Shown here: positions 16,000-27,844 of the stretch, one piece after another
Layout: every line of letters starts with the position of its first letter
How positions within the stretch are numbered: the stretch's first letter is position 1
Source of the DNA: Octopus bimaculoides
Taxonomy: Eukaryota
Length of the DNA: 64,000 bases
Reading direction: 5' to 3'
Assembly: GCF_001194135.2 (NCBI RefSeq)
Contig: NC_068981.1
Location: 64,361,358-64,425,357, forward strand
Translations under genes and position numbers: made by a program
Notes under the pieces: model-generated
Told to the model about the DNA's origin: nothing
What the model saw: the letters and a program-made list of their open reading frames with translations, nothing else
The model's database searches: none

Positions 16000-17690
16000 C
16001 CGGGCCATAAAAGTGCATCTACTGAAAGAACAATCGCAGGACTCAGCTCCTTCCAGCCCTTCCAACGCCTTCCAGCCCTTCCAACTCCTTCCAGCCAGTG
16101 TCAGAATCCACTTTTGCCAATTCTACTACTTCTGTCATCTTTTTGTTCCTTGTTTCAACGACCACGACAAACTCACCATCAGCCTTTTCTAAACCAACTG
16201 ACCCCCACTCTTTTAACATCTTCATTACATTATACCCCAACCAGATGGAACTAACTATCCTTTGCCTCCGCTAATTCTGCAGCTACAACCCTAATTTAAA
16301 AACCCAGTCTTTTCAAATGATCACTCACTTCACATGAAGTAGATAAACCCCAATTATAATTGACACCTTCCGCTCCTGCACTTGTGATGGCGCAGATGGG
16401 ATACGGTGAAATAATGTCACCTCGCTACCATCCCCTTGCGGCGTGTCTGCCAACTACCTAGAATTTCATTTTCCGTATCTAGTAACCCACGACTTTATAT
16501 TTCGAGCACAACATCTTACATCACTTCTTGTTCCTCTTATCGGGCCCTACCATTTCCCATTTGATTCCCGATTAATTCCCTCTATCCTTTAAACACTCTC
16601 GTGATCTAAATGACACAACTCTTACGGACTGTAAACCCCCAACTCAGTTTCTTTACTTGTTCCTGTCCCTGTTTCTATACCTACCTTTTCCACCCGAACA
16701 CTACACTAATAGGACTTGGCAACCCACCCTCCTCACCACGCATCGATTCGACTGTAGTATTCGAAATCTCATCTATTACATCAAATACCAACTGTTTGGC
16801 CACTTATCAACAAACGAGAGCACCTTTGAGATGTTGGGATAGTAGAGGCAGGCGTAAATGTTCTCTGACGTGTCTGGTTCATCGCTATCCCAAACAGATT
16901 AGCAAAACCGTCTGGAACGTAAACAGTGATATGACTCCACCTGCATGCAATGTCATTTTGTGGTTTTACTCTCATGACAAGCTTTTGCTATGTGATCCCA
17001 TCAAAATAGTTTCATTTCTTTGCGTGTAACAACATGGTTTTCTTAATTATACTTCCGTCCTTTTTTTTTTTTTTTTGTCTTGTGCTTTTTTTTTTTTTTG
17101 CACTGAAGAAATGGTTGAGGGTCATTTTCGCAGATAAACGCCTCGGGTAAGTTGTACTATCTAATTACATTTTCGAAATAAATAACTCACCAGTGGTATC
17201 TCTTCCCCTTTATCGGCAATTCGTCTCTAATCGTTCTTTTCAGACGAAGGCGCTGCGAATAAAAATGAAGTGACACATATTTTACCGACAACTTACTGTC
17301 TTCAAAAACAGGATCTGCAACGCATGATCAAGACCTTTTCGAAGCAATACAGGGAATTCACCTCTCGATTACTGAAAGCTACTGAAAGAGGTTATGAAGG
17401 CTCGTGTCTTAGAAATACTGGTCTCGTACATCAAATAAATCTGAGGTCACTGAGCTGGTGGCTCCGCTTCGACGATCCTCCTCCGAATGCATTTACATTG
17501 CCTATTCTGAGCAGATTACAGGCCTTCTTTCTACAGGCAGAATGTGTCGTTGGGGCATGAAATCTGGAGGTGATCTGTAATGTCGCAATTGTAGTATCTA
17601 CATCGTCTCTCTACTATCACCGGTATTTGTCCTCCTGAGACCTCTGTTAGATCGAGGATCTTGTCCAATATCTAACGACCTCCAATTCTA
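16000..17690 (-). mobile_element. Decayed retroelement ORF1/gag-like relic with CCHC zinc knuckle
   Basis: 17531-17659 (-) reads ILDLTEVSGGQIPVIVERRCRYYNCDITDHLQISCP, i.e. Y-x2-C-x4-H-x4-C, with the first Cys lost by TGC>TAC. Downstream minus-strand fragments (WEMVGPDKRNKK; GEFVVVVETRNKK) look like ORF1 linker sequence. Many stops; whether it is one element is uncertain. Confidence 0.5.
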
Positions 17691-18437
17691 ACCGAACTTT
17701 GTTCGATATTTTTTTTTTTTTCTGTTATGTTTTAGGCTCTTACTTCTCATTTCCTCAGCCAGAAGAAGTCTAATTTTGATGGTACATTTACAATATTTGT
17801 CTTAAATTACTTTCCGTTTCAAGTAAAGCCCTCATTTCTATGTTGGGCAATGAAGTGCTTTTGAGCAAGTGAAAGTTTAGTTTCACATATCCGTGCTGGT
17901 TAGCAGGAGTAAAAAAGTCTAAATCTCCCAAGATACCTTTCAGGCTTAGTTCAATTCCAAAGATATCACTCAGTGTACCACCGTTCTTTTATCTATTGCT
18001 CTAAGAGCTGCGACGATAACATAATTATAGCCTTTCTGCTGCCCTAGTCAATATGATTAGCTGTTTGTTCCAAATCCTAATGTTTTATTTGACGTGACTA
18101 AATCAAATGCTTTTGCCATACCAGCGAGAGAACTGCTTTTGCTTTGTTTCCATTGCTACTTCTGCTGCTGCTGCTGCTGCAACTTTTGATTTTGTTGAGG
18201 TTGTTGCTGTCATTGTTTTTTTTTTTTTTACTAGTGTGATTGCAGTGACTCCATTGCTACAGCTACAATTTGTTGCTAATGTGGCTGGAGCTTTGGTAAT
18301 GATTTCTTCTCTTCCACCGGTAACTTCCATGGTGACAGCAGTGGTTCCACTGCTCCTGCGTAACATATGTTGATATATCATTGTTGCTGCTGCTGGTGTT
18401 ACTGTTAGAAAGCAAAACACAGACTGATGAAGAAAAG

Positions 18438-18480
<43 letters not shown>

Positions 18481-18996
18481 AAGAAGAAGAAGAAGAAGAA
18501 GAAGAAGAAGAAGAAGAAGAAGAAGAAGAAGAAGAAGAAGAAGAAGAAGAAGAAGAGTAGTAATAGCAACAACAACAAAATTAATTATAATCAGTTGATT
18601 TAATATTTATTGAAAGAACGATATATTATACATTATTACTTTCTGATATCTTGGATTGAAAGGTAAATTATTGAGAAATGGGGTTAGATAATAAAAATGA
18701 TATATGAAAATATATAGAAACCACTTCAAGAAATTTAGAAAGAAAAAAATTAGAAACTACGATTTTCAAATGATATACAGTTGCTCTATTTTCATATATT
18801 TGTACGCATGCGAGTGCATATGTGTGTGTGTGAGTGAATGTGTGCGTGTGTGCTTGCATGTGGGCGTGAGTGCTCTTTTCCCATTCACAGGAAAGGTAGT
18901 TGTGCATTCATGAACACCGTCCTGCAGTGAGTACTGTGTAGGTTTGAACTCAGAACGTTAAAACAGTCTACTCTACAGTAGTGAAATGATCACCGA

Positions 18997-19033
<37 letters not shown>

Positions 19034-19041
19034 CACACAAT

Positions 19042-19214
19042 AACAATTGCAGCGTGCAAGGTGTTTATAAGCCATTCAAAAACACACAAAAATTTTGTCC
19101 TGGTCTCAAAGCGACGAAAATATTTTGGCAAATTAAATTTAAATGTTGGAGTGAATCTAACGGTTTTTGTGTGTTTTTAAATGGCTTATAAACACCTTCC
19201 ACGCTGCAATTGTT
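19042..19214. repeat. Palindromic MITE-like element, 51-bp arms
   Basis: Arms 19042-19092 and 19164-19214 are 49/51 complementary with a 71-nt spacer. Weaker complementarity extends outward (gatctga motifs at about 18995 and 19235). Confidence 0.8.
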
Positions 19215-19271
19215 TTTGTTTCAGCACATAATTTCAGATCAGATCACTTGCTATGCAAATACATCTCTGTA

Positions 19272-19318
<47 letters not shown>

Positions 19319-19462
19319 CTAACTTTGAAAATAAACACAATGTCTTTTGAGAATAGATTTGGAATTTGTTTCTACTATCTGGCCTTAGCTTGTTATGCAG
19401 GATTTCGTTTTAACGAGTGTCTTTACTGTTTAGCCTCTCCCCTGATATTACTCTCGGGCTAT

Positions 19463-19665
19463 GGCGCCGAGCTGGCAAAATCATTAGCACGTCGGCCAAA
19501 ATGCTTAACGGCATTTCGTCCGTCTCTACGTTCTGAGTTCAAATTCCGCCAAGTTCGATTTTGCTTTTCATCCTCTCAAGGTACCAGTCAAAGTACCAGT
19601 CAAACACTGGGGTCGATATCACTGACTAGTCATCTCCTCACAAATTTCAGTGCTTGTGCATATAG
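19463..19665 (+). mobile_element. Family-1 SINE
   Basis: ggcgccgagctggcaaaatcattagcacg...ttctgagttcaaattccgcc, with a small internal duplication (gtaccagtcaaa x2). Confidence 0.8.
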
Positions 19666-20338
19666 AAGAAAAAATATTACTCTCGGATAGGTCCATCCAA
19701 GTAAATAAGTAAAAATAAAAAATTTAAAGAAAAACCGGCAAAATAATTTTTCATCTCGCTGGTTGAGATGACAGGTATTTAAAGATAGGTATTTGACAGA
19801 TATTTAAAGACGTTTCTGTTCCACAAGCTAGCATATATGCTCCAACCTGAAGTGAATAGTGTTTCCATAAATGTATTATCAACGCTACCACAGCGATCCA
19901 AATGTCAGTGGCAGATTTCAAAACGAATGCATTCATGCAATTCTGGGAATAGTTTTGGGACAAACTTTTGTAAAATTTGTCGTGATTGATTTCATAGGCA
20001 CGAACATAATTTGCATATTATTTGACATTTCATAAAGCAGCTATCTACGTGTTCAAAAGTGCCATGTCAAGAAATCGCTTGAAGCTGTTTTCAGCAGAGG
20101 ACCTGTCTAGACGAATAGTTCCATCTTGATAAGTAACACTGATGCAACTATTTCTAATTTCTTTTCAGTCTATTCCTAGACAGCTCGTATTAGTAAAGCC
20201 CTATTTCCATACTATGCTGAAACCCGTCGATGAAGTTCACCCCCTGATGTGACTTCAATTCAGAGAAAGCAGCTCACATAAAACTGCTCCTGTTGGAGTA
20301 AACAGAAGCCAAAACAGCCATGATTAACGCACTAACAG

Positions 20339-20583
20339 TCATTTTAGCCAGTTTTATTTCATTCTTGCCTGTTACTGCCATAATTACTACGATGTAGATT
20401 TTCGTTTTATTGTAACATAAGGGTGATAGCAGAATAGGCTTGGGTAGTGATAAAGGCTACTAGCAACTGGGGTGCATAATCCTACAGTTGTTTGAGATGC
20501 ATTTGATGAAGAAGCAGCCAATGCGGATACCATGTGATTGACGTTCCAAGATTGACGTTTCAATTGACGTTCCAAGATCAAAC
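20339..20583 (-). other. Partial tandem duplicate of the Tbx20 terminal exon (last 50 codons, stop and start of 3'UTR); candidate alternative last exon or pseudo-exon
   Basis: 20339-20539 aligns without gaps over the coding part to 21035-21235, with 7 transitions in the coding segment. The frame is intact to TAG at 20387. Candidate acceptor ggtgcag|GT at 20584/20583 is in phase 1. Confidence 0.8.
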
Positions 20584-21082
20584 CTGCACCGTAATGACTC
20601 GAGAGAGGGAGCTTGTCTTGTGACACATACACAACTAATAATCACACCAATAAGAAAGACAAAAATTATTAGTGCATTGCGGATAATTAATGATTCGCCT
20701 TCGCATATAAGTAGAGATGCAAGTAGAGATAGATGGAGAGATAGATAGAGATAGAGCGGTAGACATTGATAGTCAGACAGATAGAAATGTAGGTAACTAG
20801 GAAGGCTGAAATTTGTATTCTTTTCGAATTCTATTAATTGTATTTACAGTAAATAGTATTAGAAAAACAGAAATGAATGATTGTTGCTTAGTGAATGCGA
20901 ATGTGACCATGGGTACGTGTGAATGTGTGAATTTAATGGTGAGAGTAATAGTGCTAGTATTAAAAGACATTAGCATTTCTTGAACGAAATATCAGTTCAG
21001 ATTGCTGCCGTCACATAAATCTAACGTCGGTGGTTCATTTTAGCCAGTTTTTCTTCATTCTTGCCTGTTACTGCCACAATTA

Positions 21083-21510
21083 CTACGATGTAGATTTTCG
21101 TTTTGTTGTGACATAAGGGTGATAGCGGAATAGGCTTGGGTAGTGATAAAGGCTACTAGCAACTGGGGTACATAATCCTGCAGTTGTCTGAGATGCATTT
21201 GATGAAGAAGCGGCCAATGCGGATACCATGTGATTCTGAGCAGAAGAGGGATTGGTTAACGCTATTGATGACGATTGCACTGCTGCCGCCGTAGCTGCTG
21301 CTGTGTGTGCTAAACCATAAAATCCACTATAGATTGAATAGACAGATCGCTCTCCGTCGGAAGATGATGAAGTCGATGCTGCTGCTGCCGCCGCTGCTAC
21401 TGCTGCTGCTGCTGCTGCCGACATGAGAGGAGAGCTTAACGGCCTCCAGAATGACCAGGCATTTGAAATCGCTGGTAGGAATCTGTGTTTATCGAAGAAG
21501 AATTGTTCAT
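21083..21510 (-). CDS. TBX20: Terminal coding exon of the same Tbx20 gene (Ala/Ser-rich C-terminal domain)
   Basis: Strong acceptor atttcttttttttctcttcacag|AT. The phase-1 G from exon 52642-52751 joins to give GAT(D), then an open frame DEQFFFDKHRFLPAISNAWSFWRPLSSPLMSAAAAAAVAAAAAAASTSSSS...SLFRYHPYVTTKRKSTS* with TAG at 21083-21085. It is GC-richer than its flanks. RYHPY recalls the PRYHHY near the vertebrate TBX20 C-terminus. Direct splicing to the upstream exon is inferred from phase, not observed. Confidence 0.78.
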
Positions 21511-21665
21511 CTGTGAAGAGAAAAAAAAGAAATATTAAATATATACAAATGTATGTATATACGTATGTAGGTATGTATGTATGCATGTATGTATGTATGT
21601 ATGTATGTATGTATGTATGTATGTATGTATGCATTTATCTATGTATGTATTTAGATTCCTTATTC

Positions 21666-22105
21666 TTTTATTTTTTTACTTGCGTCAGTCATTTTGACTG
21701 CGGCCATGCTCGAGCACCACCTTTAATCAAACAACTCGACCCAGAACTTCGTAAGCCTAGTACTTGTAAGATTAGTACTCGTAAGCCTGGTACTTTTTGT
21801 ATCGGTCACTTTTGCCGAACCACTAGGTGACGAGGAAGTAAACACTCCAACATCGGTTGTCAAGTGATGGTAGGGGGGGGGCACTGGCACAAATAACAAA
21901 CACACATACGTATGTATAAATATATATATACATATGTATATACGATGGGCTTCTTTCAGTTTCCGTCTACCAAATCTACTGACAAGGCTTTGGTCGGCCC
22001 GAGGCTATCCAAGAAGACACTTGCCCAAGGTGCTACGCAGTGGGACTGAATCTGGTGCCATGTAGTTGGGAAGCAAGCTTCTTACCACACAGCCATTCCT
22101 GCGCC
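21666..22105 (-). mobile_element. tRNA-derived SINE, family 2 (~400 bp)
   Basis: Minus strand: ggcgcaggaatggctgtgtggtaag (A box)...ttcagtcccactgc (B box)...gtagacggaaactgaaagaagccc...ggccgcagtcaaaatgactga. Confidence 0.85.
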
Positions 22106-22160
22106 TAAATATATATATACATATNNNNNNNNNNNNNNNNNNNNNNNNNNNNNNNNNNNN

Positions 22161-22222
<62 letters not shown>

Positions 22223-23070
22223 GTATATATATACATATATATATGCATATATATTTATTTTATATATATTTATATATATATATACCTATATACATATACA
22301 TATATATATATATACACACACACTCACACACACACACACATATATAAACATACATATGTACACACACACTCACACAAACACACACACACGTATATATAAT
22401 ATATATACACATATACACACATATGTGTCTAAATTAGTTATAAAGATCCCTTAAAGCCCACGGCACATTAAGATGTAAGACGCCAGAAAATGGTTAGGTA
22501 GAAACACATATACCGATCGGTGAAATAAACAACATTCTAGACATTAAGCTGTCAGAATACCATAGATATGCAAGTACCAAATCCACTTTGTAACTATCGA
22601 TCCGACTCACCAGTGGACCCTTGGTGTGACATACGTATAAAAAAGTAAACACGAAGGGGGTTTAAAATTTAAAGAACTGTTTCGGTAAAATTATATTTAA
22701 TGTAGCCGTAAATGTTCACATCATAATATACAGACCACGATCATCAGATAAAATTTTAAGCAGTTGATCTGGGCACAGCCACCATATATTGGGCTGTGTG
22801 CATACGTGTGCGTGTGTATGTGTGCGTACGTGGGAGTTATACACAAACACATACATGTGATTAAACTAAAATTAAATAAAATTAAATATAAAGAAGACAT
22901 GCGTATAGTGAGGAGAAACCTTGATATCTGTTAAAGTAAAGAAAGAGAACATTATTATGGATTTCACCGCCTTTCCAGAGGTGACCCACATGTATTAATT
23001 TTCTGTTATTATATGATAAAACCCGTAAAACAAAGTACATCTGCAGCTGCTCACCACACTGAGCGTGGAA

Positions 23071-23149
23071 AGTGATAAAGGCTACTAGCAACTGGGGGGC
23101 ATAATCCTGCAGTTGTTTGAGACGCATTTGATGAAGAGGCGGCCAATGC
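23071..23149 (-). pseudogene. Third, 79-bp fragment of the Tbx20 terminal exon (ALAASSSNASQTTAGLCPPVASSLYH) inside the last intron
   Basis: Aligns without gaps to 21142-21220 with a few substitutions. No phase-1-compatible AG lies directly upstream. Confidence 0.8.
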
Positions 23150-23385
23150 CTACTAACGCTTTACTTAAGAAAGTATCCCGGATCTAACACATGGAAGGCA
23201 GAAATAACTGGAAGAGTAAGTATAATGGGACTACCCGTTACAACTATGCAAACTGCAGCAATGCGTAATGTAGGGTCTTGTTCAAGGTCACATCACGTGC
23301 CAGTACGAAGGAAGATAACGAAAGTTTTCCGAAACTCTCCATCGTCTTGCTAACCACGACGGCGACAACAAAAAGTACATCGCTT

Positions 23386-23431
<46 letters not shown>

Positions 23432-23568
23432 CAAGGATAATGACAATGATGAGAAGGATAACTACAAGGAAGAGAGGAAGCGGAGTAGATGAAAATTGTA
23501 ATGATGATGATGTAATGCAGCTATGATGACTGAGATTTGCATGATATTATTTCATTGATAACGTAATT

Positions 23569-23621
<53 letters not shown>

Positions 23622-25099
23622 GTAGTAGTGGTGNNNNNNNNNNNNNNNNNNNNNNNTTGTGGTTTTTGGCGTTGATGTGACTATTGTGAGATTCGTGTTG
23701 ACGGTAGTACGTGGTATGTTTGTAGTGGAATTGGAGGAGCTGCTAGTGTCGGTGTTCGTGACATTGGTATTGCTGCTGCTGCTGCTGATGATGATAGTGG
23801 TAGCCATTGATCATCATGAAATTAGCAAGTAGAATGCATGGCCACACATACACAGTTACACACACACACACACACACAGGCAAAATCTAGCCAACACAAC
23901 ACACATCAGACGACCAAACAACAGGAAAGACATTTTTTCGGGAAAATAACCTTGAAACATTAAATTAATTTGTAACTCCACCCGTTTAAGCCAAACGCAA
24001 TCACAGGAAGACTGATACAATAACATACTCACATACATACATACATACATACATACATACATACAAACATCCATACATACATACATGCAAGCAAGCATAC
24101 ATACATATATGCATACGTACATGCAAATATGCATGCATACATGTATACATACACACACATACATACATACATACATACATACATACACACACGCACGCAC
24201 ACATACAGACATACATTCACACGTACATACATACACACATACATACATTCATACGTACATACATACATACATACATACGCACATACATAGATATATACAT
24301 ACATTCGTACGTACAAACGTACAGATATTCATACATACATTCATACGNNNNNNNNNNNNNNNNNNNNNNNNNNNNNNNNNNNNNNNNNNNNNNNNNNNNN
24401 NNNNNNNNNNNNNNNNNNNNNNNNNNNNNNNNNNNNNNNNNNNNNNNNNNNNNNNNNNNNNNNNNNNNNNNNNNNNNNNNNNNNNNNNNNNNNNNNNNNN
24501 NNNNNNNNNNNNNNNNNNNNNNNNNNNNNNNNNNNNNNNNNNNNNNNNNNNNNNNNNNNNNNNNNNNNNNNNNNNNNNNNNNNNNNNNNNNNNNNNNNNN
24601 NNNNNNNNNNNNNNNNNNNNNNNNNNNNNNNNNNNNNNNNNNNNNNNNNNNNNNNNNNNNNNNNNNNNNNNNNNNNNNNNNNNNNNNNNNNNNNNNNNNN
24701 NNNNNNNNNNNNNNNNNNNNNNNNNNNNNNNNNNNNNNNNNNNNNNNNNNNNNNNNNNNNNNNNNNNNNNNNNNNNNNNNNNNNNNNNNNNNNNNNNNNN
24801 NNNNNNNNNNNNNNNNNNNNNNNNNNNNNNNNNNNNNNNNNNNNNNNNNNNNNNNNNNNNNNNNNNNNNNNNNNNNNNNNNNNNNNNNNNNNNNNNNNNN
24901 NNNNNNNNNNNNNNNNNNNNNNNNNNNNNNNNNNNNNNNNNNNNNNNNNNNNNNNNNNNNNNNNNNNNNNNNNNNNNNNNNNNNNNNNNNNNNNNNNNNN
25001 NNNNNNNNNNNNNNNNNNNNNNNNNNNNNNNNNNNNNNNNNNNNNNNNNNNNNNNNNNNNNNNNNNNNNNNNNNNNNNNNNNNNNNNNNNNNNNNNNNN

Positions 25100-25960
25100 A
25101 GTAGACCGATGCCCTGCAATGGTGTGCAAACATAAGCTCAAAATACCAAATTTTCCCTCTCTGGCAATGCACCGGCAACACCTCAACCCAATTCCGTTTA
25201 AATAAGGAAAGTATGCTCATTAAAAAATATAAACCACAGCTGAATATCCTTTAGAAAGAAGGAAAAACGCTAAAGAGTAAAAGGAAAAGAGACCCAATTT
25301 CTCCACAAAAACAAAACCAGATATAACAGACATAATTAAAAAAAACTTTAGTAACAGTCTTCTACGCGGGTTTCGAAACCAGAACTCCAAATCACCATAC
25401 AATAACACCATACAAACACCATTTGCTGAGGTCACCTAACTCTAGACCAATGAAATTTTACCTCTAATCAAAACCGAACTTCAGCAAATACAACAAAATG
25501 ACCCATTAAGATAATCAAAGAGCTGGAACAGCTGATGACCGTTCCCCACCGGGAAGCCAACCAGACAGAACGAAAAACTTGACCAGCAGGAAAACAAGAC
25601 GTCACCAATACTCTAACGAATCAAAAATCAGATCCGTGCACTGAAAAAATCATAAAGACACCGGATTCCAAAAAGCGCCGTTACTAGCGAAAATCCCCGC
25701 ACTCGACGGAAAGAGAATCACAAAATCTGTAAACAAAACCATTTTTTTACTATCTTCATTTCTCCCTTCTTTTTCTCCCTCTTAACTCAGTATAACCGAA
25801 ACTTCGATGATCCACATTTCTTATCGATCACTACTAACACTATTGAACATTGTGTATTTAAACAAGATTTTCCACATTTTTTATATTATTGAATGTTATG
25901 AACATTTAAACCATATTTCATATTATTGAAACTTGTAAGCATTCAAACTTTTAAACGTTT
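25100..25960 (+). mobile_element. Second Penelope-like fragment (extreme C-terminus of GIY-YIG plus 3' region), 5' part lost in gap
   Basis: LKYQIFPLWQCTGNTSTQFRLNKESMLIKKYKPQLNIL* is homologous to the C-terminal stretch at about 43730-43815, followed by a similar A/C-rich tail. Confidence 0.65.
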
Positions 25961-26074
25961 CTCTAGTACATAATTAAATTTTTTATCATTGGTAAACAAA
26001 AAAATATTGTTGATACTAGTTTGTTATATATGTAAATAAATTCATTTAAAAACAATTACAGGTTTTTCAAATTG

Positions 26075-26119
<45 letters not shown>

Positions 26120-26239
26120 NNNNNNNNNNNNNNNNNNNNNNNNNNNNNNNNNNNNNNNNNNNNNNNNNNNNNNNNNNNNNNNNNNNNNNNNNNNNNNNNN
26201 NNNNNNNNNNNNNNNNNNNNNNNNNNNNNATAAACTTGT

Positions 26240-26601
26240 GGAGGCTCAATGGCCCAGTGATTATAGGATCGTGGTTTCGATTCCCAGACCGGGCGTTGTG
26301 AGTGTTTATTGAGCAAAAACACCTAATGCTCCACGAGGGGATGGTGGCAGGGGATGGTGGTGAACCCTGCTGTACTCTTTCACCACAACTTTCTCTCACT
26401 CTTTTTTCCTGTTTCTGTTGTACCTGTATTTCAAAGAACCAGCCTTGTCATACTGTGTCACGCTGAATATCCCCGAGAACTACGTTAAGGGTACACGTGT
26501 CTGTGGAATGCTCAGCCACTTACATGTTAATTTCACGAGCAGACTGTTCCGTTGATCGGATCAACTGGAACCCTCGATGTCGTAAGCGACGGAGTGCCAA
26601 C
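26240..26601 (+). mobile_element. Family-3 SINE
   Basis: gaggctcaatggcccagtg...ggtttcgattccc...gtttattgagcaaaaacacctaa, homologous to 53768-54068 in its 5' half. Confidence 0.75.
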
Positions 26602-26621
26602 AAAACAATTTATAACCTTAT

Positions 26622-27255
26622 ATAGAGCGGCAATCTGGCAGAATGGTCGGCAAGCGGGGCAAAAGGATTAGCGGCATTTCGACTGTCTTTATGTTCTGAG
26701 TTCAAATTCCTTCAGGGCTCGATAAATTAAGTACCAGTTGCGTATTAATCAATTGGCTCCCCCCCCCCCCAGAATTTCAGGTCTCGTAATTGAAAGGATT
26801 AATATTAAGGAGGCGAGCTGGCAGAATCGTTAGCACGCCGGGCGAAATGCTCAGCGGTATTTCCTCCGTCTTTATGTTCAGAGTTCAAACTCCGCCGAGG
26901 TCGACTTTTCCTTTCAATCTTTCGGGGTCCATAAAGTAAGTACCAGTGGAACACTGAGGTAGATGTAATCGACTAGTCCACCTCCCCTACAAAATTTCAG
27001 GCCTTATACCTTTAGCAGTAAGGATTATTTATAACTTTATATAGAGCAGCAAGCTGACAAAATGTTTATCGGCATTTCGCCTGTCTTTGCATTCTGAGTT
27101 CGAATTCCGCAGAGTTCGACTTTTGTCTTTTATCGTTTCAGGGTTGATAAAGAAAGTATCATTTGAGGACTGAGGTCGATATATTTGAGGACTGAGATCG
27201 ATGTAATTGATTTACCCGCGCCTTCAAAATTCCGGGTCTTATGCCAATAATAGAC
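26622..27255 (+). mobile_element. Three head-to-tail family-1 SINEs
   Basis: Units start at about 26625, 26810 and 27045, each with tggcagaat/ctgacaaaat, ttctgagttc and aagtacc motifs. Confidence 0.8.
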
Positions 27256-27660
27256 AGGATAATTCAAACCTTTATCTACTTCGAGGTGCATCATTTAAAA
27301 AATGCCATTAATATTATATTTTACGAAGTTTCCGAATATTTATGGCGTAAACAGTATACAATTCTCGCTAGTGAGGAAAAAAAAAGCTTCTAAAATTGAT
27401 GAAGGAATTCGAAGGGTTGATTTTATAGAATTGCATGGCTGTCATATCTAAAGAAGATGTGGGATTAAGTCAATTGAGCAGCCTGCGACATCTTCCACCC
27501 AAATGGTTTTTACATCCTAAATATATATACACTCTGCTATTTATAGCTTTATCTACTTCGAGTTCCATCGATAAAAACGAAACACATTCACATTTACAGA
27601 CAGTCAGACATACATACATAAAATCATAAAGTTAGAAATTATGAGAGGAAAATACATATT

Positions 27661-27844
27661 CATTAAACAACGTGACTTCCATTGGATTACGGTCGTCGTT
27701 TTGCAATCTTCGTCATATTGTAAGCATACTGAGCTTACTTACTGATGCAAACGTATACGTATTATTTCTTTCATACTGAAGTTAAAATTTGTTAAAGAAC
27801 ATAAAGAAACGGCCGTAACTCTATGGAAGTCACGTTGTTAAATG
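27661..27844. repeat. MITE-like element with ~35-bp terminal inverted repeats
   Basis: aacaacgtgacttccat is exactly complementary to atggaagtcacgttgtt (17 bp), with further imperfect pairing inside and outside. Confidence 0.7.

Noticed and set aside
18103-18420. Overlapping Ala/Thr/Val-rich ORFs on both strands
   Set aside because: This is decayed (GCT/GTT)n trinucleotide sequence without splice sites. The same texture occurs at 8860-9270, 23600-23810 and 60290-60620.
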